Shown here: piece by piece, positions 1-13,086 of the stretch
How the letters are laid out: each line of letters begins with the position of its first letter
Numbering within the stretch: the first letter of the stretch is position 1
Assembly: GCA_036785375.1 (NCBI GenBank)
Contig: JAWMAR010002088.1
Coordinates: forward strand, 1 to 64,000
Source: Leucoraja ocellata
Lineage: Eukaryota
DNA: 64,000 nucleotides
Direction of reading: 5' to 3'
Position numbers and translations under genes: made by a program
Notes under the pieces: model-generated
What the model was told of the DNA's origin: nothing
Database searches by the model: none
Seen by the model: the letters and a program-made list of their open reading frames with translations, nothing else

Positions 1-59
1 GATGCCGATCATTGATCCCTTCACACTGGTGGCAAGTTCTACCACGTCCGCATTAACTC

Positions 60-267
60 CCGGCACACAGTGGAGGTTTTCACTGAATCCAAATAACCTG
101 CAAAGCCATAGGTCTTCGGGATGAGGGAAGAAACCGAAACAATTGGCGGAAACTCACAGGGAGACAAGGAGGACGTGCAAACGCAAAATGGATAGCACCC
201 AAGTGGGGATCGAACGCGGATTATTGGCGCTGTATGGCAGTGGCTCTACTTCTTGCGCTGCTGTGCC
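60..267 (-). mobile_element. Degenerate tRNA-derived SINE (HE1-like)
   Basis: Reverse complement begins ggcacagcagcgcaagaagtagag...gcgttcgatcccc (A/B-box-like head); similar to the other SINE copies in the window. Confidence 0.6.
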
Positions 268-451
268 GACATAGTGTACCACGTGTCTGCCTCACACATC
301 ACTACCCTCAATATGTTTCCAATGGGGAAAGTAATACAGATTCAGTAACACTCAAAGTATTCTTCACAATCTACTGTAATTAAATTTGAAATTTTCCATC
401 AAGTATGGGCGAAACATGAAACATGATCACATTGAACGGCGGTGCTGGCCA

Positions 452-2028
452 TTAAGAATCTTAAGAAAGAAATTAGAAAAGCTAAAAGAAGATATGAGGT
501 TGCTTTGGCAAGTAAGGTAAAAGTAAATCCGAAGGGTTTCTACCGCTATATTAATAGCAAAAGGATAACGAGGGATAAAATTGGTCCATTAGAGAGTCAG
601 AGTGGACAACTATCTGCAGAGCCAAAAGAGATGGGGGAGATATGGAACAGTTTCTTTTCTTCGGTATTCACCAAGGAGAAGGATATTGAATTATGTGAGG
701 TAAGCAAAACAAGTAGAGTAGCTATGGAAACTATGAGGATCAAAGAAGAGGAAGTACTGACACTTTTGAGAAATATAAAAGTGGATAAGTCTCCAGGTCC
801 GGACAGGATATTCCCTAGGACATTGAGGGAAGTTAGTGTAGAAATAGCAGGGGCTATGGCAGAAATATTTCAAATGTCATTAGAAACGGGAATAGTGCCT
901 GAGGATTGGCGTACTGCGCATGTTGTTCCATTGTTTAAAAAGGGGTCTAAGAATAAACCTAGCAATTATAGACCTGTTAGTTTGACGTCAGTGGTGGGCA
1001 AATTAATGGAAAGAATACTTAGAGATAATATATATAAGCATCTGGATAAACAGGGTCTGATTAGGAACAGTCAACATGGATTTGTGCCTGGAAGGTCATC
1101 TTTGACTAATCTTCTTGAATTTTTTGAAGATGTTACTCGGGAAATTGATGAGGGTAAAGCAGTGGATGTTGTGTATATGGACTTCAGTAAGGCCTTTGAC
1201 AAGGTTCCTCATGGAAGGTTGGTTACGAAGGTTCAATGGTTGGGTATTAATGGTGGAGTAGCAAGATGGATTCAACAGTGGCTGAATGGGAGATGCCAGA
1301 GAGTAATGGTGGATGGTTGTTTGTCAGGTTGGAGGCCAGTGACTAGTGGGGTGCCACAGGGATCTGTGTTGGGTCCACTGTTGTTTGTCATGTACATCAA
1401 TGATCTGGATATAGAATCTGAGTATAGAAGTTGGGATGTAATGTTAAAATTGTACAAGGCATTGGTGAGGCCAATTCTGGAGTATGGTGTACAATTTTGG
1501 TCGCCTAATTATAGGAAGGATGTCAACAAAATAGAGAGAGTACAGAGGAGATTTACTAGAATGTTGCCTGGGTTTCAGCAACTAAGTTACAGAGAAAGGT
1601 TGAACAAGTTAGGGCTTTATTCTTTGGAGCGCAAAAGGTTAAGGGGGGACTTGATAGAGGTTTTTAAAATGATGAGAGGGATAGACAGAGTTGATGTGGA
1701 AAAGCTTTTCCCACTGAGAGTAGGGAAGATTCAAACAAGGGGACATGACATGAGAATTAAGGGACTGAAGTTTAGGGGTAACATGAGGGGGAACTTCTTT
1801 ACTCAGAGTGGTAGCTGTGTGGAATGAGCTTCCAGTGAAGGTGGTGGAGGCAGGTTCGTTTTTATCATTTAAAAATAAATTGGATAGTTATATGGATGGG
1901 AAGGGAATGGAGGGTTATGGTCTGAGCGCAGGTATATGGGACTAGGGGAGATTATGTGTTCGGCACGGACTAGAAGGGTCGAGATGGCCTGTTTCCGTGC
2001 TGAAATTGTTATATGGTTATATGGTTAT
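452..2028 (+). mobile_element. 5'-truncated CR1 LINE (family A, (TATATGGT)n tail), defective RT
   Basis: ORF 442-1827 has KSPGPD, NYRPVSL, QHGF, DFSKAFD and [10 protein letters not shown]; an internal deletion at ~1410 removes YADD; frameshift at ~1805; ends in ttatatggttatatggtta. Confidence 0.95.
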
Positions 2029-2060
2029 TAGACTCCTGCACCTATTGTCTATTGTTTATT

Positions 2061-2235
2061 GTAATACTGATGAAGTAAATCTATGTGGCTGTAATCACTG
2101 TGGTAGTACTAATGGAGTCACAGACTGTGGGGATAGTACTGATGTAGTCACATACTGGGATAGTATTGATGGAATAACACACTGCGGGCTGGAATTGATG
2201 GAATGACGCACTGTGCGTCAGTACTAATGGAATAA
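2061..2235. repeat. Degenerate ~30-bp minisatellite (actgtggggatagtactgatggagtcac-like)
   Basis: About 5-6 diverged tandem units visible. Confidence 0.55.
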
Positions 2236-2574
2236 TGAACTAGGATAATCCACTGATGGAGGGACACAGTATGGGGTAGTACAGACAACACCACGGGGTG
2301 GCGTCCACTCCCTGCACACTCGGGGCAGAATGAACTAACCTGCAACCCCGCACATGATGTGAAACCCGAGACACAATCGGAAACCCCCCTCGCTCACAAG
2401 GGGAACGGGGGAATATCCACTCAAAATGCAGTCAAGGTCAGGATCGAACAGGTGTCTCTGCTCCTGTTTTGCAGTAACTGAACCAGTCGCGCCATTGTTC
2501 CACCCTTGTATACCATGTGTCTGCCTCATGTCTCCGACTCAGTATGTGTCTAAATCGGGAGAAGACGGATTCAG

Positions 2575-2761
2575 TGTCGCATCGAAATCTACGAAATCCT
2601 CGAGTGTAGTGCGATACCGCGCGCCACCGCATGCGATTCCCCGCTTCGCCATGCGCAATGCGTGCGTCACCCACACGCACCCCACGCGTCACGACGCATC
2701 GACCTATTTTACACGTGATGCGCTAATTAGGCGCAAATGACGTCCAAGTGGAACAGGCCCT
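2575..2761. mobile_element. One end of a PIF/Harbinger-like MITE
   Basis: CpG-rich tract ending in gtggaacaggccct followed by ta; a similar terminus, gtgggacaggtcct, at ~10269-10283. Confidence 0.4.
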
Positions 2762-3402
2762 TACCTTTTTCGCTAGAGACTGCACTGACATTTGAGCGAA
2801 TCACTAGATTGGCTAAGGGGGAAAAGCTGTTCGAAGCAAAAGAAGACACCAGTTGCGGGTTTTTAGATGAAGCTTTTAAGGCTTGAGAGGAAAATTAGGA
2901 CAAAATGGGACATACTATGATGGGATGGTCACTTGATACGGAGTTCGGGAGATGCAGCAACGACATCGCGTTCACACAACACTGAGATGTGTAGTTGGCT
3001 CTGGATCGGGAGAGAAGGTCAATGGGGAGGAGCGAATGGACTTGAACACAAGTCGTGGTCTGATCAACCACGGCTGGGTCGCCTGGGCGAGGATGTCTGA
3101 TGTTGAAATACCAGAAACACCCAATGACCCCTGGTTACATCGCTGATGACGTGTTCAGGGGCATCAATAGATGTATTTTTATCTATCAGTACATGAAGAG
3201 CCGTCAGCCGCAGGCCTACGAACCCAAGACAGGAAGGTGGATTCACATTTTGAATCATTTGTACAGGGTTAACCAAATGGTCTCCACCGGTGCTATTCCC
3301 TTTATTGATTCCAATATTCCTCCACTATCTCTCTCTCCAATGTAGAACGTCAGTGGCGCCATTGTCCCTGACATCTCCCACCATGTTTTATCCGCTCATC
3401 AT

Positions 3403-3914
3403 CATATAACCATATAACCATATAACAATTACAGCACAGAAACAGGCCATCTCGACCCTTCTAGTCCGTGCCGAACACATAATCTCCCCTAGTCCCATAT
3501 ACCTGCGCTCAGACCATAACCCTCCATTCCCTTCCCATCCATATAACTATCCAATTTAATTTTAAATGATAAAAACGAACCTGCCTCCACCACCTTCACT
3601 GGAAGCTCATTCCACACAGCCACCACTCTCTGAGTAAAGAAGTTCCCCCTCATGCTACCCCTAAACTTCAGTCCCTTAATTCTCAAGTCATGTCCCCTTG
3701 TTTGAATCTTCCCTACTCTCAGTGGGAAAAGCTTTTCCACGTCAACTCTGTCTATCCCTCTCATCATTTTAAAAACCTCTATCAAGTCCCCCCTTAACCT
3801 TCTGCGCTCCAAAGAATAAAGCCCTAACTTGTTCAACCTTTCTCTGTAACTTAGTTAATGAAACCCAGGCAACATTCTAGTAAATCTCCTCTGTACTCTC
3901 TCTATTTTGTTGAC
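3403..3914 (-). mobile_element. CR1 family A 3' fragment
   Basis: (accatata)n tail; ORF 3489-3836 [20 protein letters not shown]. Confidence 0.95.
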
Positions 3915-4039
3915 TACAGCCTGTGCCTGCAGCGGCGGCCGGTCCCCCACTCAGTAAATCCACTGCATCACTGACTGGCAGATTCATTAACAACCTGATA
4001 GGTCATCAGGTAAAGTGATACTTAGTTGCCTTGATATTT

Positions 4040-4290
4040 AAGAGGAAACTGCGGATGCTGGAGCAATGGAAGGAAGACAACAATGCTGGAGAAACACAAC
4101 GGGTGAGGCAGCATCTATGGAGCGAAGGAAATAGGCAACGTTTCGGGTCGAGACCCTTCTTTAGACTGATGTGAGTGTAGGGGTGGGGGGGAGGGGGGGG
4201 AGGGGAGGGAAGTGAAGCCAATGGGTTGACGAAGAGCTGAGAAGGGAAGGAGAAAATAGGGACCACCTGAAATTAGAGAAGTCAATGTTC
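4040..4290 (-). mobile_element. Penelope-like terminal repeat with hammerhead-like core
   Basis: Reverse complement of 4137-4164 is ctaaagaagggtctcgacccgaaacgtt; belongs to a family recurring through the window. Confidence 0.55.
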
Positions 4291-5049
4291 GTAGACTATT
4301 ATCTGTATGATGGCCGATTAGGAAAAGCGGAGATGCAACGAGACCTGGGTGTCATGGTACACCAGTCATTGAAAGTAGGCATGCAGGTGCAGCAGGCAGT
4401 GAAGAAAGCAAATGTTATGTTAGCATTCATAGCAAAAGGATTTGTGTATCGAAGCAGGGAGGTTCTACTGCAGTTGTACAGGGTCTTGTTGAGACCACGC
4501 CTGGAGTATTGCGTACAGTTTTGGTCTCCTAATATGAGGAAGGACATTGTTGCCATAGAGGGAGAACAGAGAAGGTTCACCAGACTGATTCCTGGGATGG
4601 CAGGACTTTCATATGAAGAAAGACTGGACAGACTCGGCTTGTACTCGCTAGAATTTAGAAGATTGAGGGGGGATCTTATAGAAACTTACAAAATTCTTAA
4701 GGGGTTCGACAGGCTAGATGCAGGAAGATTGTTCCCGATATTGGGGAACAAGGGGTCACAGTTTAAGGATAAAGGGGGAAATGTTTAGTACTGAGATGAG
4801 AAAAACATTTTTCACACAGAGAGTGGTGAATCTGTGGAATTCTCTGCCACATAATGTAGTTGAGGCCATTTAATTAGCTATATTTAAGAGGAAGTTAGAT
4901 GAGGCCCTTGTGGCTAAAGGGATCATGGGGTATGGAGAGAAGGCAGGTACAGGATACTGAGTTGAATGATCAGCCATGATCATATTTAATGGCGGTGCAG
5001 GCTCGAAGGGCTGAATGGCCTACTCCTGACCCAATTTCCTATGTTTCTC
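4290..5049 (+). mobile_element. CR1 family B 3' fragment ((TTTCTATG)n-tail family)
   Basis: ORF 4285-4788 encodes the C-terminal ORF2 ([31 protein letters not shown]) followed by the family B 3' UTR. Confidence 0.93.
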
Positions 5050-5623
5050 TGTTTACTCCATCTGAACCATTTAGAATCTCAGTAGACCCATCCAGGACCG
5101 TTACCTTTTGCCGTGTACAAATTAATCACCACTGGTTTAATGTGATTAACTCCCTGGGCTGCTGCTTTCTCTCGACAATTTCTTACTCTGTTGAAATCCG
5201 CGTTACGTCCAGTGGTGTCACCGTCTAGTACATGAAGCCTGAGATCCTTCCAGTCACACACTGAGTGCTTGGTCCGTCCAAGTCACTCATCCGAACATTG
5301 TCGGTGAGTGGATGGATCCGGACACTCGGTCAGTCACACGGTGAGCAGTCAATATCTGAAATTAATTGTAGTCAGAGGGAATTGACTGGTGTGAGTCTGT
5401 GAAACCTCCAGCGGACCAGCAGCGGAATAACTGGACTATCGCACCCAACCGGTTCCTCACTAGATTTGTTTTTAGATTTCCAGAATGCCCCACCAGGGCG
5501 TTTTCCGATTTCTTGATTTCCCAAAGCAGCGCATGTGTTGGAGATCCCAGATTTAAGCGGAATTCAAAGAGATGCCAGCTCCCACTGACGTGCTCAGCGG
5601 AATATCTGCTCCCCTACAGTCAG

Positions 5624-6200
5624 CGGGTCGGATAGGCGATTCTGTGCACGCAGTCAGGAGGCATGGATGTTAGTGTACCTCCCTGGTATGGGATGTATCT
5701 GAACGTGTCCAAGATATCCTGAATTGGGAGGGAGAGGAGCCTGGGCTCGTGGTACATATAGGTACCAATGACATAGGCAGAAAAAGAGAAGAGGTCCTGA
5801 AATGAGAATTTAGGGAGTTGGGAGGAGAGTTAAGGAGAAGAACAAAACAGTAGCAATCTCAGGATTACTGCCTGTGCCACGCGACAGTGAGAGTAGGAAT
5901 GAAATGAGGTGGAGGGTAAATGCGTGGATGAGGGACTGGTGCAGAGGGCAGGGATTCAAGTTTCGGGATCATTGGGACCTCTTTTGGGGAAGGTGGGACC
6001 TGTACAGAAAGGACGGGTTGCACCTGAACCCGAGGGGGACCAAAATCCCGGCGGGGAGATTTGCAAAGGCTACTGGGGAGACTTTAAACTGGAACGGTTG
6101 GGGGGAGGGACTCAAATAGAGAAAGTTAGTAGACAATGTGGGAGGCAGGAGGGAAGCACTCGGACCAAAAATGTAGAGGGGAAAGAAGAAAAAGAAAAAG
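5624..6200 (+). pseudogene. Degenerate partial CR1 ORF1 (esterase) copy directly upstream of the long CR1
   Basis: 5624-6200 parallels 6504-7095 (HIGTND, DGLHLN), with stops and frameshifts. Confidence 0.85.
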
Positions 6201-6204
6201 ATTG

Positions 6205-6981
6205 CTCAGGGAGAGCGAGGAGATCATAGAAAGGAGTTACAGGGAGGTGGTCACTCCAAGACCACGGGAGACAGAAAACTGGGTCACAGTTAGGAAGGGC
6301 AACGGGCAGAGGCAGGGACTGGTGAGTACCCCGGTGGCTGTACACCTTGAAAATAAGTACTCATGCTTGAGTAAGAGTGGGGGAGACAGCCTACCTGGGG
6401 GCAGCGACAGTGGCCGGGCCTCTGGCACAAAGACCGGTCCAGTTGCTCAGAAGGGTAAGGAAAAGAAGGGGAGGGCAATTGTAATAGGGGACTCTATAGT
6501 CAGGGGGTCGGATAGGCGATTCTGTGGACGCAGACAGGAGTCCCGGATGGTAGTTTGCCTCCCTGGTGCCAGGGTCAGGGATGTGTCTGAACGTGTCCAA
6601 GAAATCCTGAAATGGGAGGGAGAGGAGCCTGAGGTTGTGGTGCATATAGGTACCAATGACATAGGTAAAAAAAGAGAAGAGGTCCTGAAAGAAGAATTTA
6701 GGGAGTTAGGTAGAGAGTTAAGGAGAAGGACTGGAAAGGTAACAATCTCAGGATTACTGCCTGTGCCACGCGACAGTGAGAGTAGGAATGGAGCGAGGTG
6801 GAGGATAAATGCGTGGATGAGGGACTGGTGCAGTGGGTATGGATTCAAGTTTCTGGATCATTGGGACCTCTTTTGGGGAAGGTGGGACCTGTACAGAAAG
6901 GACGGGTTGCACTTGAACTCGAGGGGGACCAATATCCTGGCGGGGAGATTTGCAAAGGCTACTGGGGAGACTTTAAACTAG
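6205..6981 (+). CDS. CR1 ORF1p, SGNH/GDSL esterase-like domain (N-terminally truncated)
   Basis: VIGDSIVR, HIGTND and DGLHLN blocks in ORF 6136-6981. Confidence 0.85.
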   Translation, partial: LRESEEIIERSYREVVTPRPRETENWVTVRKGNGQRQGLVSTPVAVHLENKYSCLSKSGGDSLPGGSDSGRASGTKTGPVAQKGKEKKGRAIVIGDSIVRGSDRRFCGRRQESRMVVCLPGARVRDVSERVQEILKWEGEEPEVVVHIGTNDIGKKREEVLKEEFRELGRELRRRTGKVTISGLLPVPRDSESRNGARWRINAWMRDWCSGYGFKFLDHWDLFWGRWDLYRKDGLHLNSRGTNILAGRFAKATGETLN

Positions 6982-9900
6982 TATGGTTGTGGGGAGGGAC
7001 TCAAATTGGGAAAGCTAGCAGTCCGTGTGTGAAGCAGGGGGCAGAGAATGGTAGCACTCTGACCCAAAATGTAGAGGAGAGAGAAGAAAAAGAAAATAAT
7101 CAGAGAATAAGAGAGGGTGGGTTTCTTAAATGTGTATATTTTAATGCTAGGAGAATTGTAAGAAAAGTGGATGAACTTAGAGCCTGGATTGACACCTGGA
7201 AGTATGATGTTGTGGCGATCAGTGAAACATGGTTGCAGGAGGGCTGTGATTGGAAACTAAATATTCCAGCATTTCGTTGGTTCAGGTGTGCTAGAATTGG
7301 AGGGGCAAGAGATGGAGGTGTTGCATTGCTTATCAGGGAAGATATTACAGCAGTGCTTTGGCAGGATAGATTAGAGGGCTCATCTAGGGAGGCTATTTGG
7401 GTGGAACTGAGAAATGGGAAAGGGGTAGCAACACTTATAGGGGTGTATTATAGACCGCCAAATGGGGAACGAGAATTGGAAGAGCAAATATGTAAGGAGA
7501 TTGCAGATATTAGTAGTAAGCACAAGGTAGTGATTGTGGGAGATTTCAATTTTCCACACATAGACTGGGAAACACATTCTGTAAATGGGCTGGATGGGTT
7601 GGAGTTTGTAAAATGTGTGCAGGATAGTTTTTTGCAACAATACATAGAAGTACCTACTAGAGAAGGGGCGGTACTGGACCTCCTGTTACAAAATGAGATG
7701 TGTCAGGTGGAAGAGGTATGCGTTGGGGAACAGTTCGGGACCAGTGATCACAATACCATTAGTTTCAATATAATTATGGAGAGGGTCAGAACTGGACCTA
7801 GGGTTGAGATTTTTGATTGGAGAAAGGCTAACTTTGAGGAGATGCGAAAGGATTTAAAAGTAGTAAATTGGGACTTTGTTTTATGGGAAAGATGTGGAAG
7901 AGAAATGGAGTACATTTGAAGGTGAAATTTTAAGAGTACAGAATCTTTATGTCCCTGTTCGGTTGAAAGGAAATCGTAAAAATTGTAAAGAGCCATGGTT
8001 TTCAAGGGAAATTGGACACTTGGTTCGGAAAAAGAGGGAGATCTACAATAATTATAGGCAGCATGGAGTAAATGAGGTGCTTGAGGAGTATAAAGAATGT
8101 AAAAAGAATCTTAAGAAAGAAATTAGAAAAGCTAAAAGAAGATATGAGGTTGCTTTGGCAAGTAAGATAAAAGTAAATCCGAAGGGTTTCTACCGCTATA
8201 TTAATAGCAAAAGGATAACGAGGGATAAAATTGGTCCATTAGAGAGTCAGAGTGGACAACTATCTGCAGAGCCAAAAGAGATGGGGGAGATATTGAACAG
8301 TTTCTTTTCTTCGGTATTCACCAAGGAGAAGGATATTGAATTATGTGAGGTAAGGGAAACAAGTAGAGTAGCTATGGAAACTTTGAGGATCAAAGATGAG
8401 GAGGTACTGACACTTTTGAGAAATATAAAAGTGGATAAGTCTCCAGGTCCGGACAGGATATTCCCTAGGACATTGAGGAAGTTAGTGTAGAAATAGCAGG
8501 GGCTATGGCAGAAATATTTCAAATGTCATTAGAAACGGGAATAGTGCCGGAGGATTGGCGTACTGCGTGTGTTGTTCCATTGTTTAAAAAGGGGTCTAAG
8601 AGTAAATCTAGCAATTATAGACCTGTTAGTTTGACGTCAGTGGTGGGCAAATTAATGGAAAGAATACTTAGACATAATATATATAAGTATCTGGATAAAC
8701 AGGGTCTGATTAGGAACAGTCAACATGGATTTGTGCCTTGAAGGTCATGTTTAACAAATCTTCTTGAATTATTTGAAGATGTTACTCGGGAAATTGATTG
8801 GGGTAAAGCAGTGGATGTTGTAGTGGACTTCAGTAAGGCCTTTGACAAGGTTCCTCATGGAAGGTTGGTTAAGAAGGTTCAATGGTTGGGTATTAATGGT
8901 GGAGTAGCAAGATGGATTCAACAGTGGCTGAATGGGAGATGCCAGAGAGTAATGGTGGATGTTTTTTTTGTCAGATTGGAGGCCAGTGATGAGTGGGGTG
9001 CCACAGGGATCTGTGTTGGGTCCACTGTTGTTTGTCATGTACATCAATGATCTGGATGATGGTGTGGTAAATTGGATTAGTAAGTATGCAGATGATACTA
9101 AGATAGGTGGGGTTGCGGGTAATGAAGTAGGGTTTCAAAGTCTACAGATGCCAGTTGGAAGAGTGGGCTGAAAGATGGCAGATGGAGTTTAATGCTGATA
9201 AGTGTGAGGTGCTACATCTTGGCTGGACAAATCAAAATAGGACGTACATGGTAAATGGTAGGGAATTGAAGAATGTAGGTGAACAGAGTGATCTGGGAAT
9301 AACTGTGCACAGTTCCCTGAAAGTGGAATCTCATGTAGATAGGGTGGTAAAGAAAGCTTTTGGTGTGCTGGTCTTCATAAATCAGAGCATTAAGTATAGA
9401 AGTTGGGATGTAATGTTAAAATTGTACAAGGCATTGGTGAGGCCAATTCTGGAGTATGGTGTACAATTTTGGTCGCCTAATTATAGGAAGGATGTCAACA
9501 AAATAGAGAGAGTACAGAGGAGATTTACTAGAATGTTGCCTGGGTTTCAGCAACTAAGTTACAGAGAAAGGTTGAACAAGTTAGGGCTTTATTCTTTGGA
9601 GCGCAGAAGGTTAACGGGGGACTTGATAGAGGTTTTTAAAATGATGAGAGGGATAGACAGAGTTGACGTGGAAAAGCTTTTCCCACTGAGAGTAGGGAAG
9701 ATTCAAACAAGGGGACATGATTTGAGAATTAAGGGACTGAAGTTTAGGGGTAACATGAGGGGGAACTTCTTTACTCAGAGAGTGGTAGCTGTGTGGAATG
9801 AGCTTCCAGTGAAGGTGGTGGAGGCAGGTTCGTTTTTATCATTTAAAAATAAATTGGATAGTTATATGGATGGGAAGGGAATGGAGGGTTATGGTCTGAG

Positions 9901-9993
9901 CGCAGGTATATGGGACTAGGGGAGATTATGTGTTCGGCACGGACTAGAAGGGTCGAGATGGCCTGTTTCCGTGCTGTAATTGTTATATGGTTA
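6205..9993 (+). mobile_element. Long CR1 family A LINE: 5'-truncated ORF1 plus frameshifted ORF2
   Basis: ORF1, then APE endonuclease (YFNAR, ISETW, YYRPP, GDFN, SDH) and RT (YADD at ~9084) broken by several frameshifts and stops; ttatatggtt tail. Confidence 0.96.
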
Positions 9994-10149
9994 TTCATTT
10001 TATAAACTGTCTTCCTGCTAGAACTTTCTGTTGAAATAATGTAATGGTGAATTTTGTGATTGGGTTCGGGAACTGTCAATAGCTATAATCTAATCAAGAT
10101 TCAAGAGAGTTTATTGTCATGTGTCCCAGATAGGACAATGAAATTCCTG

Positions 10150-10284
10150 TTCGAACTTCTTTCGAGCAGGAAGGAGAGTTACATAGACCTGCTAGGACCA
10201 TGTGTCGACCATGCTGCGAGTTTGAGTCGAGTGCAAACTGTTCTAAACTCGCAAATTAGGTCCCCGCAGTGGGACAGGTCCTTT
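10150..10284. mobile_element. One end of a PIF/Harbinger-like MITE
   Basis: Ends cagtgggacaggtccttta, matching the terminus near 2750. Confidence 0.35.
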
Positions 10285-10329
10285 AGTTGATCCAGTGCTG
10301 GACTCGGTGTTTTATTGACCACCAATTGA

Positions 10330-10965
10330 GGCCCACCTGGCCCACCACCCACTCAAGTACACCGCCCGCACACCTCCCGCAGCTGGACTCCCTCTCTCAC
10401 TCCCCCCACCTCTCTCTCTCTCCCCCCCCACATCTCCCCCCCCCCCACATCTCTCTCCCCCCACCTCTCTCTCTCTCCCCCCACTTCTCTCTCTCTCCCC
10501 CCACCTCTCTCTCTCTCCCCCACCTCTCTCTCTCTCTCCCCCACCTCTCTCCCCCAACTCTCCCCNNNNNNNNNNNNNNNNNNNNNNNNNNNNNNNNNNN
10601 NNNNNNNNNNNNNNNNNNNNNNNNNNNNNNNNNNNNNNNNNNNNNNNNNNNNNNNNNNNNNNNNNNNNNNNNNNNNNNNNNNNNNNNNNNNNNNNNNNNN
10701 NNNNNNNNNNNNNNNNNNNNNNNNNNNNCCTCACTACCTACCCCCCTCCCTCTCTAGACGCGCTTGTGAGTTGGGGGCTATGCGTCAGTAGATGGGGCGA
10801 TTATGGGGTAATAGGAGCAAATTAATATTAATATATTGACAAGGGGGGTAGTTAGCGCGTGTGCGGGGGTAGTTAGTGTGTATGAGTGGTTAATGTGTAT
10901 GACGCCCCCCTCGCCCACAACCGCACATTGGGGGTACAGACCCAACGGGTCTGCACTTGGTCTAG
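10330..10965 (+). mobile_element. Non-autonomous Helitron 3' part (spans the assembly gap)
   Basis: Hairpin CAGACCC-AAC-GGGTCTG (10937-10953), 8 nt, then CTAG (10962-10965) followed by T; 10750-10965 resembles the reverse complement of 38319-38530; 5' boundary uncertain. Confidence 0.8.
10566..10728. other. Assembly gap (163 N) within a C/T-rich low-complexity tract
   Basis: Run of n. Confidence 1.
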
Positions 10966-10989
10966 TTCTCCTTAATTCTACCACAACCA

Positions 10990-11180
10990 AAGAAGAAGCT
11001 GCTAAAGCTATTGCCAACCTCTCAGATGCTGTACCTCATACAGAATCAATTTAAACTGGGTCCAACATACAAATATTGTGCCTTCTATAAGAATGGATGC
11101 TGGCGAAGATTTAACCCTAACTGGTTACGAGCATACCCCTGGCTTGTATATAGCGATCATGTGGATGGCGTCTTTTGCCT
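10990..11180 (+). pseudogene. hAT transposase N-terminal TTF-type zinc-finger fragment
   Basis: RRFNPNWLRAYPWLVYSDHVDGVFCL in ORF 11011-11253; cut by a CR1 tail at 11181. Confidence 0.6.
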
Positions 11181-12022
11181 ACATAGAAACATAGAAATTA
11201 AATGCAGGTGTAGGCCATTCGGCCCTTCGAGCCTGCACCGCCATTCAATATGATCATGGCTGATCATCCAACTCAGTATCCCGTACCTGCTTTCTCTCCA
11301 TACCCCCTGATCCCCTTAGCCACAAGGACCACATCTAACTCCCTCTTAAATATAGCCACTGAACTGGCCTCAACTACCCTCTGTGACAGAGTTCCAGAGA
11401 TTTACCACTCTCTGTGTGAAAAATGTTTTTCTCATCTCGATCCTGAAGGATTTCCCTTCTATCCTTAAGCTGTGACCCCTTTGTCCTGGACTTCCCCAAC
11501 ATCGGGAACAATCTCCCTGCATCTGGCCTGTCCAACCCCTTAAGAATTTTTTACGTTTCTATAAGATCCCCCCTCAATCTCTTAAATTCTAGCGAGTACA
11601 AACCGAGTCTATCCAGTTTTTTTTCATATGAAAGTCCTGACATCCCAGGAATCAGTCTGGTACTCCAGGTGTGGTCTCACCAAGACCCTGTACAACTGCA
11701 GTAGAACCTCCCTGCTCCTATACTCAAATCCTTTTACTATGAATGCTAACATACCATTCGCTTTCTTCACTCCCTGCTGCACCTGAATGCCTACTCTCAA
11801 TGACTGGTGTGCCATGACACCCAGGTCTCGTTGCATCTCCCCCTTTCCTAATCGGCCACCATTTAGATAATAGTCTGCTTTCCTTGTTTTTGCTACCAAA
11901 GTGGATAACCTCACATTTATCGACATTATACTGCATCTGCCATGCATTTGCCCACTCACCCAGCCTATCCAAATCACCTTGCAGCCTCCTAGCATCCTCC
12001 TCACAGCTAACACTGCCCCCCA
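11181..12022 (-). mobile_element. CR1 family B 3' fragment with internal deletion
   Basis: acatagaaacatagaa tail; ORF2 C-terminal peptides in ORFs 11624-12037 and 11724-12062. Confidence 0.93.
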
Positions 12023-13086
12023 GCAACAGGAAATCACTTGTCGTCAAGTCAAGGTAAGTCAAGTCTATTTGTCACATACACATCCAAGATGTGCAGTAAA
12101 ATGAAAGTGGCAATGTCTGCGGATTGTGCAAAACAATGGAACAGGTGCTCCTGAATGTATATTGCCACTGATCAGTACTTCTACTAATGCAAGGGCATTC
12201 ATTGGCCTTGCCCTGTAAACCAACTCTGGTTCAGCAAATCCTGTCATGCCACCCCCCTTTTTGAAAAGCTTCGTACGGGCCTGATCAATATCATCAGAAC
12301 CATAGCTGGTCCCTTCACGGAGATGCGATAACAACAAAGTGCATCAGTGCATTCACTTTATTAGAAGTCTGAGAATTTTCGACTTGTCCATGAGGATTCT
12401 TTTCAAACCGGGCAGATGCGCTGTTCAAAGTATTTCGACGGATTCGTTCTCGTGCAGATACGGTAACATCATAGTCCTTAGCCGCCAGAAAACATGAAAA
12501 GGGCGTTGAAAACACTGACAATCTATCAGAATGTAACCGTTTTCTTCCATCCAGTCCAAGGCGAATGCAAGATGGCTGCCGCCCAGACCATTCCCTTATC
12601 CCATTTTAACTTCTGGAACGTCCATATTTAAGGAAAGATTATTCTCCACTGCTATCAATTTCTTAAACCGATCACGAATTTCACACCACTTTCAGGGAGG
12701 GGGCACCAAATACATTTATTCTTAACACTCCATCATTCTGTCTCGTTACTGTTACTTAGTGATTTTTTTTGTTGCAATTCCTCAAGCTGAAATACAATTT
12801 TTTCATTGCTTTTTACCATTACCGTACGCTATTATGTATGTGAGCTACATGATGTCATTGCATCCAGGTTTCTTTGACAATAACGTAATGTGAACCTGAG
12901 GTATATCAAGAAATCTTCAAAGGCTTTCATATCCACATGGTAAAGCCATGATATTTTGTTCATGCTGATGATCTTCATTGGACTGACAAACCGCCTTGAT
13001 AATATGTTGCACGTAATATGCATACAATCCTTTAAAAACTGCAGTATATTTATGAAAAACTTTATATTTTGCAAGGAGCAGTAACC

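Noticed and set aside
442-1827. 461-aa ORF as a functional RT
   Set aside because: YADD region deleted, no endonuclease and a frameshifted C-terminus.
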